A stretch of 64,000 nt of DNA, taken from assembly GCF_006345805.1 (NCBI RefSeq), contig NC_042999.1, forward strand, positions 112,034,001 to 112,098,000. The letters are read 5' to 3'. Shown here piece by piece: positions 39,626-53,706 of the stretch (position 1 is its first letter; every line of letters begins with the position of its first letter). A model generated the notes under the pieces. It did no database searches, was not told the origin of the DNA, and saw nothing but the letters and a program-made list of their open reading frames with translations. The DNA is from Octopus sinensis. Its lineage: Eukaryota. A program made the translations under genes and the position numbers.

Positions 39626-40049
39626 TGCATGCATGCATACATACATACATACATACATACATACATACATACATACATACATACATACATTTAATTAGAG
39701 GATATTTTAACTTTGAGAAGGGATGGTTGCATCCAAGAAGTACTAGTTGTGTTGTTGGGGAATGAAATTCCCTTAAAACAATAGGTATATATTAAGCATA
39801 TAGTTTATATCCAGTTGAAAGAAGAAAAGAAAATAGAGATAAGGAAGTTAATTATTTGCTGTTAACAAATTCGCCATCTTCACTTCTTACAGCCGTTTCA
39901 ATTAATATTCAATAATTTAATTACAAATTTGTACATTAAATTTGCATTTATGTGACATGAGCATAATTTCATCAGAGGTAAAAAAGCTGTACCTTGGGAT
40001 GTTATATATGAACCTATTTCAGCAGAAATATATATATATTAGTCTGAGT

Positions 40050-41840
40050 CCTCACCATTATATCACTACTTCTGGACCATCCGTTTTTTCGCGTCCACTG
40101 CGACTCGCCCCTGATCAGCTCAAAAAGGCTCGATCTGAGTTTGAGCATATGCTTCAACTCGGCCTTATTCACCCCTCCACCAGCCCTTGGGCATCTCATC
40201 TTCATTTGGCACGGAAAGGGATTCAGATTTTCGTCCGGAGGATTACAGACGTTTGAATGTAGTCACTGTTCCCGATCGCTATTCGTTAAAGAATCTCCAG
40301 GATTTTTCTTCAAACTTGCATGGTTGTACTATTTTTCCAAGGTTGACCTCATCCGGGCTAATCATCAAATTCCGATGAACCCTGACGACATTCCAAAAAC
40401 TGCCTTTTGGAAGTTTCACGTTCCTGTTTATGAGCTTCGGTTTGCAGAATGCAACGGAGTACATTCCAGAGGTTTATTGACGAAGTTGTCCGTGGACTTG
40501 ATTGTGTGTTCGCTTACGTGGATGATTTGCTCATAGCTAGCGACACGCGTAAAAATCACCTCCAACACTTATCTCAACTTTTTCAGTGTCTTCGCACCTA
40601 CAATGTGCGAATCAACTCCGATAAGTGTGTTTTCGGACAGACCTCTCTGGAATTCCTAGGTCATTATATTGGTTCTAATGTTATCCGACCTCTCTCCTCC
40701 AAAGTCGATGCAATTCAACGCATCTCTCTTCCCACTTCTTTACGCCAGCTGCGTCATTTCTTGGGAATCGTCAACTTCTACAGGAGATTCATAACTAAAT
40801 GTGCAGACAAGTTACTTTCCTTGATTCAACTATTGAAAACAAATAAAACAAAAAAATTATCTTATCATTTTATCTGCCGAGGCATTATCTTCTATTGAGT
40901 CAATCAAGAAGGAAATAGCTTCTGTTCCTTTGCTTGCACATCCAGTTCCTGATGCTTGTCTCTCTTTAACAGTTGATGCATCGGATTCTGCGGTCGGTGC
41001 CGTTTCACAACATAACGTCGATAATTAAACTCGACCTTTGGCATTCTTTTCTCGTCAATTAAAGCCAGTTGAACGTTGTTACAGTACGTTTGATCGTGAA
41101 CTCTTAGCGATCTACCTGTCGGTTCGTCATTTTCAACATCAACTCGAGCGCCGAGATTTTATGATTTAAACTGATCATAAGCCTCTTACGTTTGCTCTGT
41201 CATCTAAATCCAGACAGACACTCTCCTCGTGCTTTTCGTCACGTGGACTATATCTCCCAGTTCACGAGTTGCTTTTCACTGTTGGATTTACCCTTGAAGA
41301 TCGACTTCTCATAGAAAATGTACATAAACAACATATTCACAAGTGATGTCGATGGACTAACAAAGACAGGTGATTCAGCGCTTTGCACCTCCTCAGAGAT
41401 AGACATCACCTGGTGTGTCATAGTCCATGGTTTTTATACATGCAAAAACAAAACTACAGCAACTCGTCACACCAAGCTCTTGAGGAAAAGTTAATTTAAA
41501 GCACGAACTCAGAACGCTGAGTGAAAGAATTCGTTCTACCCAACCGGCATACATACCAAGTTTGCTTTCAATCCATAGGCATTGTATCAGGAGATGAGGA
41601 AGAAAGACATTACCGTTAAGAAAACCACTTCTCAGCAAGATCTTGAAAATAGATTTCAACCAGAATGCATCGTCGTGCAGTTACGAAAAATGTTCTGCTA
41701 ACCTCGACAGGTCCGAAATAAATTTTATCTTTCTTAGTCTGTTTGGATCGACAACTCCATTCCTCGGTCCAACCAATTTTGTTTCTGCAGTATCTGCCCC
41801 AGCAAAATGCTCGTTTTATCCTCTGTGCCGATGAGAACGG
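40050..41840 (+). mobile_element. Ty3/Gypsy pol remnant (RT and RNase H, with decayed integrase C-terminus)
   Basis: DYRRLN, FSKVDL, TFQRFID, AYVDDLLIAS, LGIVNFYRRF, TVDASDSAVGAV, DRELLAIY and TDHKPL. Confidence 0.95.
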
Positions 41841-41892
41841 GAGACAATAATACACGTACGTGTGCAAACTAATGCACACACGCCCCCCACAC

Positions 41893-41968
<76 letters not shown>

Positions 41969-41989
41969 ATGTATGTATGTATATATATA

Positions 41990-42125
41990 AGCTTCTTTCA
42001 GTTTCTGTTTACTAAAATCACTCACAAGGCTTTGATTGACCCCGAGCTATAGTCGAAGATACTGGCTCGAGATGTTACACAGTCGGACAGAACACAAAGG
42101 AAACTTCTTAACCACATGACTTTGC
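41990..42125 (-). mobile_element. SINE family A 5' half
   Basis: GCTTCTTTCAGTTTC..CACTCACAAGGCTTTG..CTTCTTAACCACA. Confidence 0.75.
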
Positions 42126-42182
42126 TATACGCAATATATGTGTGTATGTGTGCGAATTTTACGATATACAAAAGCATAAAAT

Positions 42183-44240
42183 TATGAAAGATTTTTGGGC
42201 CGGTTTGCTCGAGTTGAAAAAACAGCAACAACAACAATTACTATTACAGCAACAAATGCTGCAATTAATGAATAGTAAGTCGTCAGGGAATGCTGAATAA
42301 AGTTCTTGCCAGATTATGTTGTGAACTCGATAACAGAGTTTAAGTACAAACCAGATGAAGGAGTTACCTTCGAGGCGGCTTACTGTAGATGATACGAAAA
42401 AATCTCCAATAAAGAGTACAAAGATTGGGATGACGTTATGAAAACGCGTTTAATCTTAAGAAAACTGGCAGCAGGAGAACATGAGCGTTACAGCAATTAC
42501 GTACTCCCGAAAAAGCCTTAACATAAACTTTAAAGATACAAAAGACATATTGTGTAAATTTTTAGTGAGAAAAGTTCGTTATTCAATACACGTTGGAAAT
42601 GTTTGAATTTAGAGAAGAACAACGAAGAGGACTAGATCATATATGCTGGTAGAGTTAACAGGGAATGTGAAAGTTCAAGCTCGACGAACTAACTCCAGAT
42701 ATGTTCAAGTGCCTGATATTTACTCAGGGACTAACTGCAGAAACAGACGCAGAAGAAAGAAGAAAGAATTCTCGCTAAGCTGGAACAAAACCAAGCTGTA
42801 ACCTTACAAGAGTTAGAAGACCGTGAAAGAATAGTAAATTTAGAGATTGCTCCCAAGTGAAGCAAGTGCGAAATAGGCAGAATAGAAATCAAGTGTGTAC
42901 AAAAATACAGTACATACAGGACAAAAAAAAACAGGAACAAGCCCATGTTTTGCCTTTGAAGGTCGACACCTGAGAAAAAACTGCCTATTTAAGAAAATAG
43001 AATGCTTCTGTTGTGGAAAAAGTTAGGCATATAAAAGGGCACTATAGAACTAAGGTGACAAACTGTTGGAACAAAAAGTAAAGAATAAACAGTATGTCAT
43101 CGAAAGAGACTGGTAACGAAGAGGAAATTTGTAAATGTAAAAATTAAAAATAGAAGATTAAAAAGGCAGTTAGACACTGGAAGTGATATTGCCATTATAA
43201 ATGGTAATATTAGTTCCAGTGTCTAACTGGAAGTATGTCGGTAAGCCGAAATTAATTAAATCTGCAAAAGTTGCTCTTGGTGTTACGGCCAAAAGATTGT
43301 ATTTTGTAGGTGAATTTGTGTGTAATATAACATTTCGTGACCAAATGAAAACGGCAAAAATATATGTGCTGAAAGATTCAGCTAAACTATTCGGCACAGA
43401 GTGCATGAAACTTTTCAAATTGTGGAATACGCCCGTAAGTGTTTTGAGTGGGAATATAGTCGATTCATTCGAAGTTTCGAATGAAGCTAAGGGACTGAAA
43501 CAAAAAATAAAACGTTTCCAGATGTTTTCTAGGAGGAACTGGGTTGCTGCACGAAAACAAAGGCAAAAATTGCAGTAAAACAAAGTGCAACACCTGTATT
43601 TAAGCCAAAACGGAATGTACCATTCTCGTCAAAATCACCAACGATAAAAAGTGAACCTTGGCCAAAAGTAGATGTTCCGTGGTCGAGACTACACATCGAT
43701 TTCGCTGGTCCTTTAAACGGTACATACTACATAATGGTATTTGATAGTTTCTCTAAATGGCCAGAAATTTCTAAGTGTAAAAAACCAACCTCCTCAGCTG
43801 TGACAATTTTTCTTACATGAGCTGTTTGTGAGATTTGGCATCCCAGACGCGGTAGTATCTGACAATGGAACGCAATTTGTATCTTAAATTTTAAAAATTT
43901 TATAAAATGTACACGGTAGAACATGTAACTAGTGCGCCATACCATCCCAGATCTAACAGGCAAGCAGAACGTTTTGTGGATACATTCAAGATAGTCATAA
44001 GAAAGTCGAATATGGAAGTCATGGATGAGGTAGCTCTACAACAATTCTTAAGCATATACCGTGTGACACCAAATCCAAATACACCAGCAAGTATGTCACC
44101 AGTGGAGTTGATGTTTGCAAAGAAAGTAAAATCAGTCTTCGACAAATTGCTACCTGGCAAGAAAAGAAAAATTGCAATGGAAAATACAGCAAGATTTTTC
44201 AAAATTGGTGGAAAGATATTTGTGAGGGCTCATAGAATGG
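42183..44240 (+). mobile_element. Ty3/Gypsy remnant with gag, protease and integrase; RT and RNase H deleted
   Basis: gag region, protease LDTGSD, then KRNVPFS joined to PWSRLHIDFAGP, VSDNGTQF and PYHPRSNRQAERFV. No LTRs were identified. Confidence 0.92.
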
Positions 44241-46124
44241 GAAACAGTGTTGGAAAGACGTATGTATGTATGTATGTATGTATGTATGTATGTATGTATG
44301 TATGTATGTATGTATGTATGTATGAATGCATGCAGGCAACTGAAAAACCTCCCATATTTTACACAGTCATTATTGTGACACTAATAAATTTAAGCAGGTA
44401 GTAACAGTGTTTTGATATAATCAATGTTGTTATTCTTTTTATAGTTACCTTTAGGTTTTGAATAGGAGCACACTGTGAGTTTGTTGTTGAAAAGTTTATC
44501 AAGAATGGTTAATCTGAGTAGGGTTTTTTTTGTTTGTTTGTTTGTGTTTGTTTTGGTTTTTTTTGTACCCTGTATATCTTTGAATTTCATTTTCTCAAAA
44601 TAACTATATTAGAGATAATTGAGCTCAGAATGATTTATGAAGTATTTCTTCTACTCACATTACTTGACTTCTAACACATTTTTGATATTTTCAGCTGTAT
44701 ATCTGATCTCATGGGGCAGCCAGAACTACTCAGTTTGGTTGGTTTGACAAAAAGAAATATGAGTACTTATTGACAGGAACAATTACATTTTAAAACTGTT
44801 TCTTTTACAACAACGTTGATCAGAATAAATCAACATAAGAGCTTCTATGCAGTTGCTCAACTTGTTATATATAGCAGTCAAACCGACCTCATATCACATT
44901 ATGCTGTCTTTAAAACAGAAAGGCTAGATTTATTAGTATATACATACATCAGCTCAATTAGTTTTGATATGGGGACCAACAAATATAACTATAATGACAG
45001 CGACAAGGAAAAAACTTTGATGTGAATAATATATGAGAGGGTACATTTTTTTCTTCTTTGAAGTTATTAATAAAATTAAATATAACAGATTTAAAGAATT
45101 GAATATTATTAAGAAATTTAATTCCATAATATTATATAGATTTGCACTTATCTATCACTCCACTTCAAAAGAAAACATATTAACTTTCTTGATAGCTTAC
45201 AAAATTCTCTGGGGATATTTGCTCAAAGAGAGATAAGTAATAAAATACAAGAACAGCATTGCTTATGGCTTGCAATATGTTAGTTTTTAGGCCTAGTTCA
45301 GCAGTGATCTAGTTGACCTATGGCTAAAGGCTTTCCAACCATGACCAGCTGGTCTTTATCTAGACAATCTATTTAGGGCTATATTATATAATGTACTCTT
45401 CAATATTTAAACACTCTAAAGTGTCATTTGAATAAGACTTCACTACTGTAACCAACTGATGAATTGACTTTGTAAAGCCCACCTCATTGGCTCATTGTGC
45501 CACCTATGTGAATATCAATTAGATACAGACCTGACATAGCCAGCAGCTCACAATGTACTGAAACAATTTGAAGAGGATAAACAAGGAGTAAATTAACAGA
45601 GTTAACAGTTGAATGTGACAGTCTTTTAGCAAAACAGGTTTTGAGTGTCATATACATATCCCAACTGATGAAGTGTCTCTTTCTGATGATGTGCACTCAG
45701 GATGGATCAGTCATGAGTAAAATAACAGAAAACATGGGAGGAAATTTATGAAGTTACTCATGAAGATCATCACAAACCATAAGTTCTTTTACATGACTGA
45801 ACCTTCCAGAAGAGCTGCACAAAATATCATAACATGTTCTACATTGCTGTAGTCTGTCTTCTAGCTCCTGACACTCAGGGAGAAACAGTGGCTTCTTGAC
45901 ATGTGTTTTGAGCTATGTCTCCCAACATAACCTTAAGATTGAAAGGATTCTACTTCAATACAATAGATTAAATTTTAAAGGAACTGCAGGTAGTTTTGTA
46001 TAGCCTTTAAGAAAAAGACTTTCCTAATGGTTTTGAAACATAGAAGATGCAGAGATGGCAGTGTACATTCTCAAAATGGTTATTTAAAGGAGATGATTTC
46101 TAAATATAGATAATGGCTTCAAAT

Positions 46125-46330
46125 TTTGGCACAGGGCTAGCAGTTTCAAGGACAGGGTATTAGTCGACAACATCAACCCCAGTTCTCTAGTGATACTTAT
46201 TTTATCAACCCCAAAATATGAAAATTAAAGTTAATCTCGGTAGGATGTAAACTCTAAATGTAAAGCCAAAAGAAATGCCCCTAAGCATTTTGTCCAGCAT
46301 GCTATTGATTCTGCCAGCCCCATGGTCTTA
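46125..46330 (-). mobile_element. Decayed SINE family B
   Basis: CAAATTTTGGCACAGGGCTAG..ATCAACCCCAG..CTAAGCATTTTG..ATTCTGCCAGC. Confidence 0.7.
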
Positions 46331-47054
46331 TTCCTGAATATAAAGAGTAAATAGGATATATTATTTACTGGAATACCAGTGTACCTTATTTTTAGAACTT
46401 TGTAGAGAACTTTCTAATATCACATTGAATATGGAAAGTAACCCATTTCTTTGTCAGGAAACTTAACAGCAAAAGCATGTCAACTGTTTCATGTAAATTA
46501 CATGCTTGGTTTTCCTTAACAGAGACCTAAGAATGTGTAGCAACACTGAACCAGCAAATACCAGATGCCTTTTATATTCAGTTGATAATTAGCTGCAGGT
46601 GACACTAATCAATGAAATTCAGGATCACAGGTGTTCCAAAAGTGACCATCTATTATTTTCTGATGTATTGTATTTCAGATCACAATATTTAATGTTCCAT
46701 CATTTCTAAGGTGGTAGGTTATGGTTTTATGGAGATTTGGCTGTTAGTTCTTGCATTTTGAATTACCATGTCAAGGCTCTCACTTATTATAGCATATTCT
46801 AGTACACCAAGTAATGTCTCAAATATTGTTCTATTATATAACAACACACACTGTACTATAGAATGGTATCTTATTAGAATTATATACCAGAAATTTCAAT
46901 TAAGTGAGCCAATAGAAATGTATCTATGTGATTGGTCACTTGGCCTACAAGAAATAGTAACCAAATGTCCTTAAATTACATTCCAACATCATAAAAGAAA
47001 GAGAATATACATTAGATAACATAGCCCTTGATAGCCCCACCACCAGTGGACATA

Positions 47055-48108
47055 AATTGACAATGATGAAGACGATGACGATGATCATGATCATGTTGAT
47101 GAAGACGAAGAGGTGGAGAAGGAGGATAATGATGACAATGAGGAAGATGGTAATGATGATGATGATGACCACAACAATGACGATGATGATGACAATGACA
47201 ATGACAAAGATGATGACATTGATAATGATTTCATCTTTGTCATAATCATCATCATCATCATGAGCATGTTGATGACGATAAGGAAGAGGAAGAGTGGGAG
47301 GAAAAAGATTACAATGATGAAGATGATGATGATGATGATGATGATTACAACGACAATGATGACTGCAGAGATGACAACAATAATGGCGATGACAACAGAG
47401 ACGACGATGACAATGGCAACAATGATGGAAACAGCAGCAATGAGAGTGATGATGATGACAGCAAAGACAGCCATTCAAGAATTTGGACGTGGAGATTTCT
47501 ATTTCCAGCGACTTCGAGGGCCACCTCCCAGTGGTGTCAGGCATCAACGAAGTTTTTTTTTTTTCCCCAAGGTCTGGGGTCTCCCGCCCCCTAAGCTCTA
47601 GACCATCACCTAATCACCCTTAACCGTCTTGTTACTTAACAACAACAACAACAGCAACGACAATGATGTCAGCAATGATGACAATAGCAATGACAAATAT
47701 GATGACACTCCTAATGGTTTTGGTGAGCACGATAATGTCAAAGACGATAAAGACAAAGACACAAATCCAAACCAACTGTAATTCTACTCTTAATCTCAAG
47801 TGTCTTTGGATAAATATATTTGATGACCAGGTTCCTTTCTAACAAGGCTACTACTTGAACTGCTTGTTCAGAACTACATGGTAGCTATGAAACAAAATTG
47901 TCTCAATTATAAAAAACATATTTTAAATGAACTAGATTAGGTCCACTTCAAGCTTATTGCTCACTAGTACATTAGTCCTTGTACACTGACCAAATCATAA
48001 GCAACACATTAGAACATGCCAACAGCTGATGTTTAATAAACAACAACAACTATTAAAGAACAGTTCTTTCTTTTCTGAAATGACATCTCCTTGTTGCAAT
48101 TATTATTA

Positions 48109-48154
<46 letters not shown>

Positions 48155-48230
48155 CATCATTATCATCTTCATCATCATCATCATTATTATTATTATTAAG
48201 GAATAATTTTTTATTATTGTTATTAATTGT
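47055..48230. repeat. (GAT)/(AAT)/(ATT) trinucleotide low-complexity tracts
   Basis: Seen directly; these produce spurious D/N/M/I-rich ORFs. Confidence 0.85.
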
Positions 48231-49599
48231 TTTTATCATTTTTCCTTTCCTTTCAATTTCCTTTTATTTAAATATCTGTCTGTCTGTTAGTCAGTCAGTA
48301 AGTCTGTCTATCTAACAATCTTACATGAAGAATGGAAACCTGGTATTGATTAAATCAAAAAGACGAACTTAGAAGGAGGCAAAAAATGAAGCAATCAGTT
48401 CTTAAGTAAATAAATATATAAATATAAAAGAGATAGTGAAGAAGTTTTGCCCTTTTGGCAAATTGAAATTTACATAATAATAATTGTTAAAAATGCTTGA
48501 TAAAGAACCGAGAAGCCAAGTAGAAAATTATTGGATGTGTGTCCTGCTTGTTTGAAGAAAATGAACTGTTTTGCTTCTTTAGTGATTACACAATTTGCCT
48601 TCAGTAGAAATTTCTAGTTGTTAAATTTTAAAGTCATGACAAAGTGCAAAAATACAGATTCAGTGCAACTAGAGGTAAAATTTGAAAATCTTCAAGAATT
48701 ACATCTCCGAGGCATAGAAATTATGCAGTTCAAGAAGTCTGAAGATTGCCTTTAGCCCTCCGGATGTGAATGAGAAAGAGAAGAGAGGTGATGGTGGTGG
48801 ATGTTAGGGGGTAGGTGATGGTGAAAGAAGAGAAGGAGGAGGAGGAATTGAAATAAATGGATGTCTGAAAAGGAAAAAAAAGGTAAAAGCTCTTTCTATT
48901 TAGTGATGATGGTGACATTGGGGATGAGGATGGTGGTGGTGAATAAATGTAGCACTGATAAAACAAATAATAATAAATAAATAACAAAATAAATATATTT
49001 TATTGAATACTGCTTCAAATTGACCAAGATAAAATTTTTCAAGTTTCTGAAATTACAAAACAGGTAAAAAAAAAATTAATTAAATAAAATTAGAAAAAAG
49101 AAATTATATATAAAAATATATATAAAAACTAAAGAATTAAAAATAAAGATAAAATTTAATTTCAAAAAATAATATGCAAATTTAAATAGTAAGAATGAGC
49201 TTTCAGTTCTGATTTTCATTTGGAGGTGGGGTTCTCAGAATAGAGAATGACACAAGGAATTTCAAATTGCAGGGTGTTTTAGAATTCCCTCACACAACCT
49301 ACTGCTCCCAAAATCAAAATCAAAAACATCTGTGGCTAAAAGATTTGATATACATCTAACTCCTCTCACTAAATGAGGATGAAATGGAAGATGGAGGTGG
49401 AGAGAGAAGGACAAAAGCAGCACCTGTTAATTTGACTAGCTAGCCATATGCAACTGCCTTTACATACACTATACATACATCAACACATACATGCACACAC
49501 ACACATACACACGCACACATGCACACATACATATACACATGGTGAGCATGTATCTCAGAATATTTATACCTATGTCCATGGTTATCTAACAATCTAACC

Positions 49600-49670
<71 letters not shown>

Positions 49671-49686
49671 TGCACACACACACATG

Positions 49687-49718
<32 letters not shown>

Positions 49719-49739
49719 TATATTATATATATATACTTT

Positions 49740-49935
49740 TTATCTTTTACTCATTTCAGTCATTAGATTTTGGCCATGCTGGGGCACTGCCTTGAAGAAT
49801 TTTAAGATGTAAGAATAAATCCCAAGTACTTTCTTTTTTAAGACTGGTATTATTTTATTGGTCTCTTTTGCTAAACTAAGTTTCCAGGACATAAACAGCC
49901 CAACACCTCTTTTCAAGCAGTGACGAGGGACACAC
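49740..49935 (-). mobile_element. SINE family A 3' half
   Basis: CTTTTACTCATTTCAGTCATT..GGCCATGCTGGGGCAC. Confidence 0.7.
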
Positions 49936-49977
49936 ACAGACACAAAGACACATGCACAAACACACACACACACACAC

Positions 49978-50026
<49 letters not shown>

Positions 50027-50180
50027 ATTTATATTATGAGAAAGGCAGAGAGAAATGTATGTATGCATGTACTTTTATTGTAAACTTGACACAATAGTGC
50101 TTCATACATATGTATATATATATATATACATACATACATAAATGCATGTGTATTTGTGCATGTGTGTGTATATCTATACG

Positions 50181-50216
<36 letters not shown>

Positions 50217-50589
50217 ACCAAGATAGTGGCCTGAGCAGGGTTAGTATGTGAGACCAGCAAATGCCCATGCAGCAGGCCTCCCACCTCCATTCCACAGAAG
50301 TTGTTCAAGGTAGGGACAGGTGCCAGCACAGCTTGGTATCAATGCTATCACAGAAGTCACCAGAACAATGTTGAAGATTATGTTGGACTGATTTATGGAC
50401 TTCTGCTCCAAATTTCTTCCTCAGGGTTTACTCCCAAATCCTTCCCCAAGAGTGGAGATTACTGCAAAGTCAGAGGGGTATGAAATTAGCTTGTCCTCTC
50501 TTATATGAGTTGCTTTCCTAGGCTGATGAGTTCCTTTTTATATAATATAATAATAATGAAATTATTGTATACATTATTGCATAATTATC

Positions 50590-50855
50590 TGGCTTCTGTG
50601 CAGGTGGCACGTAAAATGCACCAATCCGACCGTGGCCGATGCCAGCCTCGCCTGGCACCAGTGCAGGTGGCACGTAAAAAGCACCCACTACACTCACGGA
50701 GTGGTTGGCGTTAGGAAGGGCATCCAGCTGTAGGAACATTGCCAGATAAGACCGGAGCCTGGTGCAGCCTTCTGGCTTCCAAGATCCCCGGTCGAACCGT
50801 CCAACCCATGCTAGCATGGAGAACGGATGTTAAACGATGATGATGATGATGATAT
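50590..50855 (+). mobile_element. RTE LINE 3' tail with (GAT)n end
   Basis: GGCGTTAGGAAGGGCATCCAGCTGTAG..CCAACCCATGCTAGCATGGA..GATGATGAT, homologous to 51290-51470. Confidence 0.85.
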
Positions 50856-50949
50856 TGTAATTATTCTATTACCTGAAGCATAGATTTAAAGGTGCCATCA
50901 CTCACCTTCATCTCTCCTCTTGTCAGTATAAACAATTCTGCCAGGCACA

Positions 50950-51260
50950 GAGGCTGAGTTGCACTAGAAGGCCAGAGGTTGAACATGACTAGCAGAGTAT
51001 TTGAAAACATTTCTTAGAAGTGGAAGTTTATCCCCAATACTGGTTTGACTACATTTCAATTCATAAGAGAACACAAGGATATCCACATCTTCATTTCAAA
51101 GATGTCTGCAAGAGAGATACTAAGTTTCATAACTTAAACAGTGAAAAGTGGGAGGACATTACTGATGATCGTGCTTGCTGGAGACTGGAACGAGACACCT
51201 GCACACGAAAACACAAAAGTAAAGTGCCTGCTGACATACCTGATGCAATCAGTCTAGAAA
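50950..51260 (+). mobile_element. Old RTE LINE C-terminal fragment
   Basis: PHLHFKDVCKRD..KWEDITDDRACWR. Confidence 0.7.
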
Positions 51261-51289
51261 TTTCAATTAAATGAAATTGCATCTTTAAT

Positions 51290-53490
51290 AACATCATCAT
51301 CATCATCATCATCATTTAACGTCCGCTTTCCATGCTAGCATGGGTTGGACGGTTCAACTGGGGTCTGGGGTGCCCGAAAGCTGCACCAGTCCAGTCAGAT
51401 CTGGCAGTGTTTCTACAGCTGGATGCCCTTCCTAACGCCAACCACTCCGAGAGTGTAGTGGGTGATTTTATGTGCCACCGACACAGGTGCCCGACGAGGC
51501 TGGCAGACGGCCACGCTCGGATGGTGTTTTTTATGTGCCACCGACACAGGTGCCAGATGAGGCTGGCAGACGGCCACGCTCGGATGGTGTTTTTATGTGC
51601 CACCGACACAGGTGCCAGATGAGGCTGGCAAAACGGCCACGATCGGATGGTGCTTGTTATGTGCCCACAACACGGAGGCCAGTCGATGCGGTACTGGCTA
51701 CGGCCACGTTCGGATGGTTTTCTTGTGTGCCACGTGCCACCGGCACTGGTACCACAAGGATACAAATTCCATTGATGTTCATCTATTTTGATTTGTTTTG
51801 ATTTTGATTTTGATTTTCACTTGCCTCAACAGGTCTTCACAAGTGTCACAAGAAGGAAGGTATGCACAGGTGGACTGACTACGTCCCAGGTAGGGGCCAT
51901 GGGTTATGGCCTGACTAGTCTTGCCGGGTCTTCGGATGGTGTTTTTATGTGCCACCGACACAGGTGCTAGATGAGGCTGGCGAACGACCACGATCGGATG
52001 GGGTTTGTCATGTGCCCACCGCACTGACTACAGCACTGATGGATTTCTTGTGTGCCACAGGCACTGGTACCACATGATACAAATTCCATTGATGTTCATC
52101 TATTTGTCTATTTTGATTTGATTTGATTTGATTTGATTTTCACTTGCCTCAACCGGTCTTCACAGGTGTCACAAGAGGAAGGTATGCACAGGTGGACTGA
52201 CTAGTCTTGCCGGGTCTTCGGAAGGTGTTTTTATGTGCCACCGACACAGGTGCCAGCTGAGGCTGGCGAACGGCCATGATCGGATGGTGTTTGTTACGTG
52301 CCCACAGCACGGAGGCCGGTCGATGCGGAACTGGCTACGGCCACGTTCGGATGGTTCTCTTGTGTGCCGCCGGCACTGGTACCACAAAGTGTGTGCCACT
52401 GGCACTGGTACCACAAAGATACAGATTCCATTGATGTTCATCTATTTTGATTTGTTTTGATTTTGATTTTGATTTTCACTTGCCTCAACAGGTCTTCACA
52501 AGTGTCACAAGAAGGAAGGTATGCACAGGTGGACTGACTACGTCCCAGGTAGGGGCCATGGGTTATGGCCTGACTAGTCTTGCCGGGTCTTCGGATGGTG
52601 TTTTTATGTGCCACCGACACAGGTGCTAGATGAGGCTGGCGAACGGCCACGATCGGATGGTGTTTGTCATGTGCCCACAGCACGGAGGCCAGTCGATGCT
52701 ACGGCCACTTTCGGATGGTTTTCTCTTGTGTGCCACCGGCACTGGTACCACAAAGATACAAATTCCATTGATGTTCATCTATTTTGATTTGTTTTGATTT
52801 TCACTTGCCTCAACAGGTCTTCACAAGTGTCGCAAGAAGGAAGGTATGTACAGGTGGACTGACTACATCCCAGGTAGGGCCCACAGGTTATGACCTGACT
52901 AGTCTTGCCGGGTCTTCGGATGGTGTTTTTATGTGCCACCATGTTCCCACATCACGGAGGCGAGTCGACGCGGTACTGGCTACGGCCACGTTCGGATGGT
53001 TTTCTTGTGTGCCACAGGCACTGGTACCACAAAGATACAAATTCCATTGATGTTCATCTATTTTGATTGATTTTCACTTGCCTCAGCAGGTCTTCACAAG
53101 TGTCACAAGAAGGAAGGTATGCACAGGTGGATCGACTACGTCCCAGGTAGGGGCCACGGGATATGGCCTGACTAGTCCTGCCGGGTCCTCTCATGCACAG
53201 CACACTTCCATAGGACTCGGTCTTCAGTCATTTCCTTGGTGAGACCTAAAGTTCGAAGGTCGTGCTTCACCACCTCGTCCCAGGTTTTCCTGGGTCTACC
53301 TCTTCCACAGGTTCCCTCAACTGCTAGAGTGTAGCACTTTTGCACACAACTATCTTCAGCCATTCTCGTCACATGACCATACCAGCGCAGCCGTCTCTCT
53401 TGCACACCACAACTGACACTTCTTAGGTTCAACTTTTCTCTCAAAGTACTTACACTCTGACGATTATGAACACTGACATTACACATCCAT
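51290..53490 (-). mobile_element. 5'-truncated RTE LINE: ORF end (53172-53486) plus ~1.9-kb tandemly expanded 3'UTR and (GAT)n tail
   Basis: ERRLRWYGHVTRM..GRGRPRKTWDEVVKHDL..DRVLWK. The UTR repeat units are seen directly. Confidence 0.92.
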
Positions 53491-53664
53491 CCATATATAT
53501 ATATATATATATAACAAAACAGGAAGTTGGAAATTTTTTTGGTATTATTTTTACACCATTATACATGTTTCACTTACTGATAGGAATTACAAACTTTTAC
53601 ATGTTAGATAAACAAGTAAGAAATTTCCTACCCTAATTACATCATATTATATATGCATACATAT

Positions 53665-53706
<42 letters not shown>

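Noticed and set aside
47057-47601. Acidic or Met-rich ORFs (up to 200 aa)
   Set aside because: They derive from degenerate (GAT)n repeats open on both strands, with no domain or convincing splice support.
48618-48755. Plus-strand frame with LRR-like FENLQELHLRGI
   Set aside because: It is a single short motif in an isolated frame with no repeat context.
50911-50968. Minus-strand segment with an AAG|GTGAGT donor that is phase-compatible with the candidate exons
   Set aside because: It overlaps what appears to be a decayed plus-strand RTE fragment, so the splice signals may be chance.
51470-53175. Regular repeat array superficially like CRISPR
   Set aside because: There are no unique spacers or cas genes. 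Units are contiguous and lie between an RTE stop codon and its tail.
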